A program made the translations under genes and the position numbers. This document shows positions 49,776 through 58,771 of a stretch of DNA of 64,000 nt, one piece after another; position 1 is the first letter of the stretch; every line of letters starts with the position of its first letter. Below the pieces are notes generated by a model. It did no database searches. It was not told the origin of the DNA and saw nothing but the letters and a program-made list of their open reading frames with translations. The stretch is from Acidobacteriota bacterium. GTDB lineage: Bacteria; Acidobacteriota; Thermoanaerobaculia; Multivoradales; UBA5704. The stretch spans positions 1-64,000 of the forward strand of contig JBDTZG010000013.1 in assembly GCA_040005235.1 (NCBI GenBank), written 5' to 3'.

Positions 49776-51572
49776 ATGAGACTCAGGATGCTCCAGCCGG
49801 CCGTCAACTCTTCGCCGAATTCACACGGCGCGACCCTCGCCGCGAGGGTGCGGAAAACCCTTTCGGCCACCGCTCTCTTCTGTACGCTCGGAGCCCTGCT
49901 CCTGGCAGGCGCCGTCGGGGCCCAGATGGGAACCGGCCCGTTCGCCGCCTTTCCCTCGCAGAGCACCGTGGACTCGCGCTTCCTCTCCTTCGGTTGCAGC
50001 GGGCCCGAGACGATGGAGCAAGCCACGCGGATTTCGCTCGCCGCTCCGGAGTCCAACGTCTCCTTCGAGCTCAACGTGTTCGACGGCGACACTGCGCGGG
50101 TCGACGCGGAGAGCAACCGGCACTGGGATCTCGGCAGCCGGCAGGTGAAGCTCTCCCTCTACGCCGATCCCCTCCGCTCGGGCGACACCTCGCCGGAAAA
50201 CCTGATCGGCGAATGGTTCGGCAACGATGAGAACGCCACCGGCGGCGTTCTTTGGACGGCGTCCGCCGCTACCATGCCGGACAACGACTGGTGGGCCGTT
50301 TCGATCACCAACGCAACTCTCGCCCAGGCTCCCAGCGGCAACTACTTTTACAACCTGGTGATTCAAACCGACGGCGATTGCGCCTCGAACGAGCAGCTGG
50401 AGAGCAACCTCAAGCTCGCGGTCTCCTCGCCGGTGACTTTCCAACTTTCTCGCTTCAGCCTGGTCGGTGAGATCTGCCAATCGACGGACGACGGAGCCCT
50501 CGTTCATCCCGGCTCCTCGGCGGTGACTCCGCAGAACGCCGATCCAGTGGCGGTGACCTACGACGGCAGCTTCGAGCTCTTCTTCCCCGTGGCCGCCGCC
50601 CAGGCCGAGCTGCGCCTGTTCGACGGCGACTTCGATTTCGGCACCGACGCGCTGACCGCGAGTCCTTCGGAAGTCGGATTGGACGCCTGCGTCGACACCG
50701 ACGATCCGGACACCGACTCGGGCTATGTGGACTTTCCGTTTCTCACCCCCGGCGCCTTGGCAGAGGGAGCCGCGGGTCCAGGTTCGCCTGCAGACGACAA
50801 CTCTTCCGACGACCTTCGCCGGGGAGAGCCGGGCGACCCCAACGGCATCGGCTGCGTCCGCTATGAAGTGACCGACCCGGAAAGCAACGTCTATTCCAAC
50901 CCCAACCCCTCCGGCACCCAGGAATGGGAGCAGTTCCTGATTGCCGGCTCTTCCTCGGCTTACACCGCAAGCGCCGACCAGGTCTATGGCGGCGCCACCC
51001 TGCCCGGCGGGATTTGGACGATCAAGATCGTCGGCTTGGACATGTCGAATCCAGTGCTCTGGAACGCGTCCTCGGTCTGCTCGACCCGACCCGCCCGCGA
51101 AGCTCTGCCCGCTGAGGATCCGAACGACGTGCCGCGGATGGCGGCCTGCCCCAACGTACCGACCTACCTGATGGGGGGATTCGTTTGGGCGGATGACGAC
51201 GGCCACGGAAAGATGGACCCCAAAGAGAAAGGAATCGCCGGTGTGTTGGTCGATCTGGTTCGCCCGAGCGATGGTGCGGTGATCGCTTCGTCCCGGACCG
51301 GCGATACGACGAACCCCAACTGGGAGTCATGCCTGGCGAACTTCCAGGCCGCCAACGTCCAGGGCCTGGCCTGCTTCGGAGTAGACATTGCAGCCGAGTA
51401 CGAAATGCGGATTGCGAAAGCCAACTTCGCAGCGGGCCAGCCGCTCTCCGGCAAGATTTCGACGACTGGCGGAGAGACCGAAATGCGCTCATTGACCGCC
51501 GGCAACTCCATGTACAGCAGCTTCGGTTACCAAGACGCCGACTTCGGCACGGTCGGACCGACCTGCCCCTGA
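49776..51572 (+). CDS. Secreted protein: unrecognised N-terminal domain plus C-terminal SdrD-B-like Ig domain
   Basis: Signal peptide; GGFVWADDDGHGKMDPKEKGIAGVLVDL is SdrD-B/Cna-B-like; N-terminal ~400 aa paralogous to the next gene. Confidence 0.8.
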   Translation: MRLRMLQPAVNSSPNSHGATLAARVRKTLSATALFCTLGALLLAGAVGAQMGTGPFAAFPSQSTVDSRFLSFGCSGPETMEQATRISLAAPESNVSFELNVFDGDTARVDAESNRHWDLGSRQVKLSLYADPLRSGDTSPENLIGEWFGNDENATGGVLWTASAATMPDNDWWAVSITNATLAQAPSGNYFYNLVIQTDGDCASNEQLESNLKLAVSSPVTFQLSRFSLVGEICQSTDDGALVHPGSSAVTPQNADPVAVTYDGSFELFFPVAAAQAELRLFDGDFDFGTDALTASPSEVGLDACVDTDDPDTDSGYVDFPFLTPGALAEGAAGPGSPADDNSSDDLRRGEPGDPNGIGCVRYEVTDPESNVYSNPNPSGTQEWEQFLIAGSSSAYTASADQVYGGATLPGGIWTIKIVGLDMSNPVLWNASSVCSTRPAREALPAEDPNDVPRMAACPNVPTYLMGGFVWADDDGHGKMDPKEKGIAGVLVDLVRPSDGAVIASSRTGDTTNPNWESCLANFQAANVQGLACFGVDIAAEYEMRIAKANFAAGQPLSGKISTTGGETEMRSLTAGNSMYSSFGYQDADFGTVGPTCP

Positions 51573-51660
51573 GTAAAAACCGCTTTTTCGTCCCTTTCTT
51601 TCCTTCCCTACTCTGACCTGATCCGTGATGCCCCAGGGCATCGCAGAGAGGACTCTTGTC

Positions 51661-53028
51661 ATGAACGCCTACGGAAAAATCGCTCGGATCGTCTTCGCTT
51701 CGGCTCTCCCACTTCTGATGGGTGGCGGTGCTCTCACCGCTCAGCAGGGCACCGGACCGTTCGCCTCCTTCCCGACCCAGAGCGTCAAGGACGGCCGGTT
51801 CCTCGGTTTCGCCTGCGCGGGTCTTTCGACTTTGGAACAAGACGTTCGGATCATGCTGGCCGCGCCCGGGTCGACAGCGAGCTTCGATCTCGACCTCTTC
51901 GACGGCGAGACCGGCGGCCTCGACGGCTCGGGGAAGAAGCACTGGGATCTCGGCACCCGTCCGCTGAAGTTCTCGCTCTATGCCGACCCGCTGCGTGCGC
52001 GCACCCTCTCCCCGGCCAACTTGATCGGCGAGTGGTACGGCAATTCGGAGAACGCGACCAGCGGCCAGGATTGGACCTCCTCGACGGCGACGATGCCGGA
52101 CAACGACTGGTGGAATCTCCACGTTTCCACCTCGGCGATCGCCCAGGCATCGAGCGGCAACTATCAGTACCTCCTGGTGGTCGACACCGACGGCGCCTGC
52201 GCGGCGGGCGAGCAGCTGGAAAGCAATTTGAAGATCGCGACCTCCTATCCGGTGACCTTCAGCCTTCCTCATTTCGGGTTGGTCGCGGCCATGCGCCAGA
52301 CGGTCAACGACCTTCCGATCATCTATCCGGGTTCTACTTCCGCGGCTCCGTTGACCGGCAGCTTCATGACCGCGCCCACGACCTATGACGGCACGTTCGA
52401 GTTCTACTTCGAGCTGGCGGACGGAGCGACCGAACTGCCACTCTTTGACGGCGATTTCGACTACGGGACCAGCATTCTGCTCGGCACACCTTCCGGCGTG
52501 GCGTTGGACTCATGCGCCGATACGGACGACCCGGGCACGGCGTCTAATTACGCCGACTTCCCCTTCGTTCCGACGGGCGTTGTTCCGGAAGGTTCGCAAG
52601 GTTCGGGGGTTCCGCCGGACGACAGCTACCGCGACGCCTTCCGGCGGGGCGAGCCGGGCGATCCGAACCAAGTGGGTTGCGTCCGCTACGAAGTGACCGA
52701 TCCGGAAAGCCACGTCTACTTTAACGACAACCCCTCGGGCAGCGTCGAATGGGAGCAATTCCTGATCGTCAGCACGTCCTCGCCGTTCCTCGGCCAGGCC
52801 GACGCGGTCTATACCGGCGCGACGCTTCCCGCCGGAATCTGGAAGGTCAAGATCCTTGGGCTCGACCTGGACAACATGAATTTCTGGTACGCCACGACCT
52901 GCGCGACGCGTCCGACGCGCAATCCGGAGCCGGGAGAGGACCCGGACGACGTGCCCCGGGTCGCCGCCTGTCCGGACTTGTTGGGCGAGCAGCCGGCCAG
53001 TTTCGGCGCGCCGAATGCAAAGAAGTAG
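51661..53028 (+). CDS. Secreted protein, paralogue of the upstream gene without the SdrD-B domain
   Basis: Signal peptide; shared blocks LYADPLR, ATMPDNDWW, EQLESNLK, LFDGDFD, GCVRYEVTDPES; ATG 51661 after AGAGGA. Confidence 0.8.
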   Translation: MNAYGKIARIVFASALPLLMGGGALTAQQGTGPFASFPTQSVKDGRFLGFACAGLSTLEQDVRIMLAAPGSTASFDLDLFDGETGGLDGSGKKHWDLGTRPLKFSLYADPLRARTLSPANLIGEWYGNSENATSGQDWTSSTATMPDNDWWNLHVSTSAIAQASSGNYQYLLVVDTDGACAAGEQLESNLKIATSYPVTFSLPHFGLVAAMRQTVNDLPIIYPGSTSAAPLTGSFMTAPTTYDGTFEFYFELADGATELPLFDGDFDYGTSILLGTPSGVALDSCADTDDPGTASNYADFPFVPTGVVPEGSQGSGVPPDDSYRDAFRRGEPGDPNQVGCVRYEVTDPESHVYFNDNPSGSVEWEQFLIVSTSSPFLGQADAVYTGATLPAGIWKVKILGLDLDNMNFWYATTCATRPTRNPEPGEDPDDVPRVAACPDLLGEQPASFGAPNAKK

Positions 53029-53046
53029 AGACCAAGGAGATTCAAA

Positions 53047-54138
53047 GTGATCGACTCCCAGGTAGGTACGCTGCAAACGGCGCTGAACGTGAGCTCCCTG
53101 CCGGCCGGACTGGCCGCCCGCTTGGCGACGGTTTCCGGCCTGGCCGAAAGGGATGTGGCCGGGCGGTCCCTGGCTTCCCTCCGTCACCGGCTGAGTCCGG
53201 TTCTCCAGGCGGACCTGCTGGGTCTGCGGCGGATCGACGGCCGGGTCGTACGGAAACATCCGGCCACCGGGGCGCTGCAACCGGTTCCCGGGGCCACCGT
53301 CCATGTCGAGGACACAGACGGTTCCTTCCTCCTCTATTCGCCGCCGCAGTGGCCGGACTGGAGCTGGCTCGTGCCTTTCAAAGTCCGCCGCGAAGAGATC
53401 GCTATCGCACACACCGACGCGCGCGGGCGGTTCAGCGTCGGCATCCCGCGTTGGGACGTCGAGGCGATCACCGCCTGGCGACAAGGCCGAATCCGCTTCA
53501 GCGACTTCAGCCGGCCGCGCCTTCGCGACGTCGTGAAGGATTTGGACGGGTGCTCTTGCGACTCGGCGGAAGCCGCGATCCGGAAGGCCGATTTCCTCGC
53601 CCGCTGCCGCAAGCGGCTCGGCCGGCCGCTGGCCCGCCGCATCGAAAGCCTGCTTCACGAGCAACCGGCCGGGACGGCCGAGGAGATCGAATCGCTGCTC
53701 GAAACTCCGATCGCGCCGGAACGTCCCTGCGCTCTCGCTGAGATCGGTAGGCCCGAGCTTCTGGAGATCCTGAAGGCGGTCGCCGGCGAGCACGGGATCT
53801 CCCCCCAGGTCGTCGAGGAAGCGGATTTCGGTCCCTGGATCGGGCCGCTCTGGCGCGGCAGCCACCTGGTGCTGAAGCTCTGGACCCCCCTTCTCGACGC
53901 TCCGGACATCACGTTCCGCGTGACCGGGGACCGAGGCAAAGGGGTGGACGAGGAGGTTCTTTACTCCGGGGGATTCTTCGACGTCGCCTGGAACCAGGGC
54001 GGGATTCCCGACCTTACGCTCACCGCCTTCCGCGAAGCCCCGGCCCTTCGCCGAAGCCTCCGGCCGGAGCAAGGACGTCTCCTTGCCCATCGGCCGAAAC
54101 CCCGGTTCGCAGCGGCCCCGCCCGCGATGGCGGCGTGA
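53047..54138 (+). CDS. Hypothetical protein
   Basis: 363 aa, AAGGAG RBS 18 nt after the previous stop; VPGATVHVEDTD...TDARGRFSV resembles a Cna/transthyretin-like beta domain. Confidence 0.7.
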   Translation: MIDSQVGTLQTALNVSSLPAGLAARLATVSGLAERDVAGRSLASLRHRLSPVLQADLLGLRRIDGRVVRKHPATGALQPVPGATVHVEDTDGSFLLYSPPQWPDWSWLVPFKVRREEIAIAHTDARGRFSVGIPRWDVEAITAWRQGRIRFSDFSRPRLRDVVKDLDGCSCDSAEAAIRKADFLARCRKRLGRPLARRIESLLHEQPAGTAEEIESLLETPIAPERPCALAEIGRPELLEILKAVAGEHGISPQVVEEADFGPWIGPLWRGSHLVLKLWTPLLDAPDITFRVTGDRGKGVDEEVLYSGGFFDVAWNQGGIPDLTLTAFREAPALRRSLRPEQGRLLAHRPKPRFAAAPPAMAA

Positions 54139-54180
54139 CCGGCCGCCGTCCCCGGAGGGCCGGGCTGGATCGTGCCCCGG

Positions 54181-55659
54181 CTACCCTGCCTGCTCGTCGG
54201 CGTAAAACCGGTAAAAGTAGTTCGCGTCCTCGAACGGGTGCTCGTCGAGCACGTGATGGAGGAGGCCGCGCTCGACCAAGAGGCGGCCGACGCGAAGGGC
54301 CTCTCGGCGGCTGGTGCCTTCGGCGCGGACGAGCCAGTCGACCGCTTCGCGCCCGGTCAGACAGCGGGGGTAGACGTTCCACAGATGGCGCCGGTCTTCG
54401 ATCGCGACGCCCCCTTCCCCGCGCATTTGCGTCGCCAGGGCCGCCAGCTCTTCCTCCGTCCAGGGCCGGCCGGCAAGGTCGCGGTCGGCTCCGTCCTCCC
54501 CCTTCGCGGCCGGGGCTCCGGCGGTCGCTTCTTCCGCCTGCGCCGCGTGGACCACGCGCTGGGGCAGCGGCATTTCGAGCCCCTCGCGGCGAAAAGCGCT
54601 TTCGATCCCGAAGTTCAGATCGCTTTTCAAGCTGCTCTGTTCGCGCGGGTCGCGGGTCCAGACCAACAGATCGAAGTGGAGCGCGCTGTCGCCGAAGGCG
54701 GTGAGCTGAACCGTCGGGGCCGGCTCGTCCAGCACGTCGGGATGCCGGCGGGCGACGCCGAGCAGGGCGTTGCGCACCTTGGCGATCGGGCTGCTGTAGG
54801 CCGCCGGGACCGGAATCCGCAGGCGCGACACCGGATCGCCATGGCTCCAGTTGATCACCTCGGTTTCCAGAAAGCGCGAGTTCGGCACCAGGATGCTCAC
54901 CCGGTCGGTGGTGCGGATGACCGCGCTTCTTGCCCCGATCCGTTCGACCGTCCCCGAGAACTTGCCGACTTCGACGAAATCGCCGCTCTTGATCGGCCGT
55001 TCGAGGCCGATCAGCAGGCCGGAGACGAAGTTGTTCGCGATGTTTTGCAGGCCGAATCCGAGCCCGATGCCAAGCACGCTGCCGACGATCGCGAGCGTTC
55101 GCGCGTCCAAGCCCCAAACCTGGAGGACGATCAGCCCGCCGACGAACAGCAGCGCATAGCGCAGCAGGCCGGTCAGGCTGTCCTCGGCCGACGCTTCGAG
55201 CCGCAATGGCCGCAGCAGGTAGGACCGGAACAGCCAGGTGACCCCGGCGACGCAAATCCACAGCGCGCCGAGGGCGATCGGGAGCATCACCAGGTCCGCG
55301 GCCGAAAAGGCCTGCTTTTCGATCGCGAAGAGCGGCCGGTTGAAGCTCGCTGCGAGCAGCTCGACCCCCCGGCGGCGCAGGGTTCCCAGGCCCGGAAAGC
55401 GGTCGACGGCAAAGGTGCCGGCCGCCAGCCAGATCCCCCATTTGAAGGGCAGGAGTGCCAGCTCCAACCGATGCTGCCAAATCAGATGGACGCCGGGCGC
55501 CGGCGGCGCCAATCCCCGGCCCTGCCGCTTGCGCCGGGCGCGGTCGGCGAGCCGAAGCGGCAGCCGTCGGCCGAGCCGCCAGAGCGCGAAATGCGCCAAG
55601 GCCGCAGCGCAAAGCGCCGCAAGGCCGAGCGCCAGGGAGGGCATGGGGGAATCGGGCAT
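54181..55659 (-). CDS. mscS: MscS-family mechanosensitive channel fused to a C-terminal DEP domain
   Basis: GIGLGFGLQNIANNFVSG, ERPIKSGDFVEV, VPNS, VINWS; tail DRRHLWNVYPRCLTGREAVDWL...GLLHHVLDEHPFEDANYFYRF is a DEP signature. Confidence 0.9.
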   Translation of the reverse strand: MPDSPMPSLALGLAALCAAALAHFALWRLGRRLPLRLADRARRKRQGRGLAPPAPGVHLIWQHRLELALLPFKWGIWLAAGTFAVDRFPGLGTLRRRGVELLAASFNRPLFAIEKQAFSAADLVMLPIALGALWICVAGVTWLFRSYLLRPLRLEASAEDSLTGLLRYALLFVGGLIVLQVWGLDARTLAIVGSVLGIGLGFGLQNIANNFVSGLLIGLERPIKSGDFVEVGKFSGTVERIGARSAVIRTTDRVSILVPNSRFLETEVINWSHGDPVSRLRIPVPAAYSSPIAKVRNALLGVARRHPDVLDEPAPTVQLTAFGDSALHFDLLVWTRDPREQSSLKSDLNFGIESAFRREGLEMPLPQRVVHAAQAEEATAGAPAAKGEDGADRDLAGRPWTEEELAALATQMRGEGGVAIEDRRHLWNVYPRCLTGREAVDWLVRAEGTSRREALRVGRLLVERGLLHHVLDEHPFEDANYFYRFYADEQAG

Positions 55660-55868
55660 GCGAGGTCAGGTCTCCCGGGAATCCTACGCTGGACGGCGGG
55701 CCGGCGGATGGCGAAGCCTGGAATCGGCGGGATTGGAGCGCTAAGTTACCGGTTTCGGCACTTTGACGTATCATTCCGGCACCGGTTATCCGAAGAGAGC
55801 CTTAGAAACCGGCTGGAACTACCGCGCCCGGATGGATTCGAGGGCTCGGTCGGAGGAAAGTCTGAAAC

Positions 55869-56588
55869 ATGCCAGCCAACGCCCTCCATCCGGATGCCGC
55901 CGGCCGGTCCAAGCCGGAGCGTCTGCGTCTGGCGATCGAGATCTTTTATGCCCGGAGCAGTCGGCAGATGCATCCCGACGGCGATTGGCAAGAGGGTCTC
56001 TGGTACCCCTCGCCCGCCGAGCGCCGGACGTGCTGCGAGGGCATCCACCCCACGATGAGCAACCGGCAGGCTCTGGAGAGCCATTGCCGAAGCCAAAGCC
56101 ATATCGCCGCCTTGTGCGACGTCCCGCTCGGCGAGCTGAAGGCCGCGGTGCGCGCCGATCGCAAGCAAGGTTCGCCGATCGCCGAGCAGGTCACCGCATC
56201 GCTCGTGGCACCTCGGCCGCAGAGGGCCGAAACCTTCTTCGAAATGCGCCAGAAGGCGAGGCAGGAGACTTTCGAGCAGTTGCATGCGGCGCTCGCCCAC
56301 GGCTTGCCCCTTTTCGAGCGGCTGCATGCGCTGCGGGACCCCAAGGTCGCGGAAGAGGAGAGCATGGCCCCACTGCTGGAAACGGCGTCCGCGAGCGCGG
56401 AGCGATTGGTTGCGACGCTCCACTCCGCGCGTAGCCTGGAGGCGACCTTGACGTTCGGGAGCGCCCTTGTCGAAACGCTCCGAGCGTTGTTGGAGGAGCC
56501 CCCGGCCAAGCGCCGCCGTTCGCTCGCCGCCGGAATCACGGGCATCGATCCAAATCCGGACCCGGCCGCTCCCGGCCGGGCGGCTTAG
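55869..56588 (+). CDS. Hypothetical protein with Cys/His-rich N-terminal motif
   Basis: GGAGG RBS; HPDG...WYPS..E..CC..I...HCRS..HIA pattern followed by a helical tail. Confidence 0.7.
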   Translation: MPANALHPDAAGRSKPERLRLAIEIFYARSSRQMHPDGDWQEGLWYPSPAERRTCCEGIHPTMSNRQALESHCRSQSHIAALCDVPLGELKAAVRADRKQGSPIAEQVTASLVAPRPQRAETFFEMRQKARQETFEQLHAALAHGLPLFERLHALRDPKVAEEESMAPLLETASASAERLVATLHSARSLEATLTFGSALVETLRALLEEPPAKRRRSLAAGITGIDPNPDPAAPGRAA

Positions 56589-57049
56589 GCCCGAAGTTGA
56601 TGGTCATTGGCGGCGTGCGGCATCGGTCGGTGGGTCGCTTCTTGCCCGGGTGCGCAAGCCTGACGCAGCTCTTCCACCAGGTCCAGAAGCTCCCGAAGCA
56701 GAGCGGTCCCGTCGCCCAGGATGACGAGATCTTTGCCGATCGCCGTGAGTTGCTTGCGACCGGCGGGCGTGGTCGGTACTTTTCCCAGAGTTTGCTCGAT
56801 CCGGCCGTAGGCATCGACAGCGCAAGAAAGAATGCCTTCGCCGTCGCGCAGGGCGGCGAAGGATCGGTCCCGGGTAGGGCGCACCGCGTTTCCGCTCGAA
56901 CCGGCGTACACCGTCTCCGGCTGCTCGTAGCGGGTCGAAAGGAAGCGCCGGATCAGCTGGACGCTAGGGATGTTTGCGGCACCCGCTTCTGCCGCGAGCT
57001 GCTCAAAGATCCAGATCGACAGAGTGAGGCGAAGTACTTTAGTGGACAT
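56585..57049 (-). CDS. Hypothetical protein, possible ribbon-helix-helix N-terminus
   Basis: ATG 57049 after AGGAGAAGG; KVLRLTLS...EQLAAEA...SVQLIRRFL; candidate promoter TTGACT-N18-CAAGAT upstream. Confidence 0.55.
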   Translation of the reverse strand: MSTKVLRLTLSIWIFEQLAAEAGAANIPSVQLIRRFLSTRYEQPETVYAGSSGNAVRPTRDRSFAALRDGEGILSCAVDAYGRIEQTLGKVPTTPAGRKQLTAIGKDLVILGDGTALLRELLDLVEELRQACAPGQEATHRPMPHAANDHQLRA

Positions 57050-57446
57050 AACCTTCTCCTGAAAGTCCAGAATGACGATGCCGTCGTAATGAGGCAGCGA
57101 TCCTTGGTCCCGCCGTAGTCGCACTCAAAGAGCCGATTGGCGCTCATTGATGCCGCTATGGATATCTTGCGGCTCCATATCGCGGAAAGTCAAGAAAAAG
57201 ACCGGATTTGCCGTTACGAACGACAACACCTGAAAAACGGGTGCCGCAGTGCACCGGTGCATCGACGATCGACCTGACGTTCGGAAGCCGGCGGTCCGGA
57301 GTACAAAAGAGGAGCCATGCTGCAGGCAACGGCGCCCCTAGTAGCCGGAGACTGCGCAGAGGCGGCCAGCTTCTGCGCAGCTCCTTTGTCACGTACCGCA
57401 ACGCCCAGCTCCGTCGGAGTCCGAGAACAAACGGCCTTCGCGCCGG

Positions 57447-57788
57447 TCAGTTCGGCTGGCTGACGACCCGCGCGACCTGGAGATCCGGCCCGGAAAACGT
57501 CCCCCGGTGCGACCAGATCGAAACCGTGACCCGATCGCCGCGGTATTCGAGGATCGGTCCCCGAAGGCCGAACGGCACTTCGATCGCTTCGACCGCTTCC
57601 GAGACGAGGCGCAGAAACGAGAGCGACTCGCACCGCGTCCGGAAGATGAATTGGCGCTGGATACGGAGCCCGTCGGCCGCCAGCTTCCAGCCCGGCATTC
57701 CGCGGAGCCAAAGCTGAATCCTTTCCGCCTTGAGGGAGGGGGGCAGGGGGGACGGAGACGGGGACAAAGAAGAAACTTGTGCGCTCAT
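57447..57788 (-). CDS. Pterin-4-alpha-carbinolamine dehydratase (PCD/DCoH)-like protein, degenerate
   Basis: LRGMPGWKL...IQRQFIF...SFLRLV...VTVSIWSH...DLQVAR fits the PCD fold; HHP motif absent; ATG 57788 after GGAGG. Confidence 0.7.
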   Translation of the reverse strand: MSAQVSSLSPSPSPLPPSLKAERIQLWLRGMPGWKLAADGLRIQRQFIFRTRCESLSFLRLVSEAVEAIEVPFGLRGPILEYRGDRVTVSIWSHRGTFSGPDLQVARVVSQPN

Positions 57789-58095
57789 GGCGAGCACCTC
57801 CAGAGTGGGGCCGGGACGGAGGATTCCGTATCGACCGGCGATGTTCGCGGCGCGCCCGCTCCCCGAAACAGGAGCCGGAATTTGCGGCACGAGCGCCTGG
57901 GGCGCAGTGGCATGTTTGGGCAACCGGCGGTTCGTTTTCATCGCGAGATGAACCGTACGGCATTCGAACCGGCGATTTCCAGCGCGTTTTCGAGCATAGG
58001 GCCTATGCTCGAATTTGCCCCTTGAAATGCCCGATCTGGGTGGTGTAGGGTCTCCGGCTTTTCCCGCGGGAGGGGAATTTGCGCCTTCGCGCGAC

Positions 58096-58758
58096 TCAGC
58101 CCTCGGGCTTGATCCTCGGTTCCACCAAGCCATATCGGACGGCGTGGGAGACCGCCTGCGCCCGGCTGGTCAGATGGAGTTTGTCGAGGATGTTGCGCAC
58201 GTGGAATTTCACCGTGTTGTCGGTTAGCCCGAGACGTTTGGCTAACTGGCGGTTGGAGGTGACCCCTTCGACCATCAGGTCCAAAACTTCGCGCTCGCGA
58301 CCCGTGAGTGCTTCCGATCCTTCTGCTCGCGGTTCCGCGCTCTTGGGCTTGGAGAAAGCCGCCAGGATCTTCCGCGACACCTCCGGAGTGAGCGCGGGTT
58401 CGCCGGCCAGCGCCCGCTCCAACAGCTCGAAAAAGCCGTCGGCTTCGAGGCTCTTGAGCATGTAACCGTGCGCCCCGGCGCGGAGCGCATTGAACAGATC
58501 GTCGTCTTCCATGGAAGCGGTGAGGATGACGACCTTGATCTCCGGCATCCGTTCGATCAACTCCTTCGTCGCCTCGATTCCATTGAGAACGGGCATCGAC
58601 AGATCCATGAGCACGATATCGGGCTTCAAGGTGCAGGCCAGCTCGATCGCCTGCCGGCCGTTGCTCGCTTCGCCGACGACCTCAATTCCCCGCGACTCCA
58701 GCAGGCTGCGCAGGCTGCTGCGAAACAGGGCGTGATCGTCGCCGAGGAGTATTCTCAT
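58096..58758 (-). CDS. NarL/LuxR-family response regulator
   Basis: ILLGDDHALFR, PDIVLMDLSMP, GAHGYMLK, LTGREREVL...TVKFHVRNILDKL. Confidence 0.95.
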   Translation of the reverse strand: MRILLGDDHALFRSSLRSLLESRGIEVVGEASNGRQAIELACTLKPDIVLMDLSMPVLNGIEATKELIERMPEIKVVILTASMEDDDLFNALRAGAHGYMLKSLEADGFFELLERALAGEPALTPEVSRKILAAFSKPKSAEPRAEGSEALTGREREVLDLMVEGVTSNRQLAKRLGLTDNTVKFHVRNILDKLHLTSRAQAVSHAVRYGLVEPRIKPEG

Positions 58759-58771
58759 TTCGGGCCTCCGT

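Noticed and set aside
57317-57463. 48-codon plus-strand ORF after AGGAG, overlapping a hairpin at about 57347-57384
   Set aside because: SD spacing is only 2 nt and the peptide has no motif; the hairpin is real but its role is unclear.
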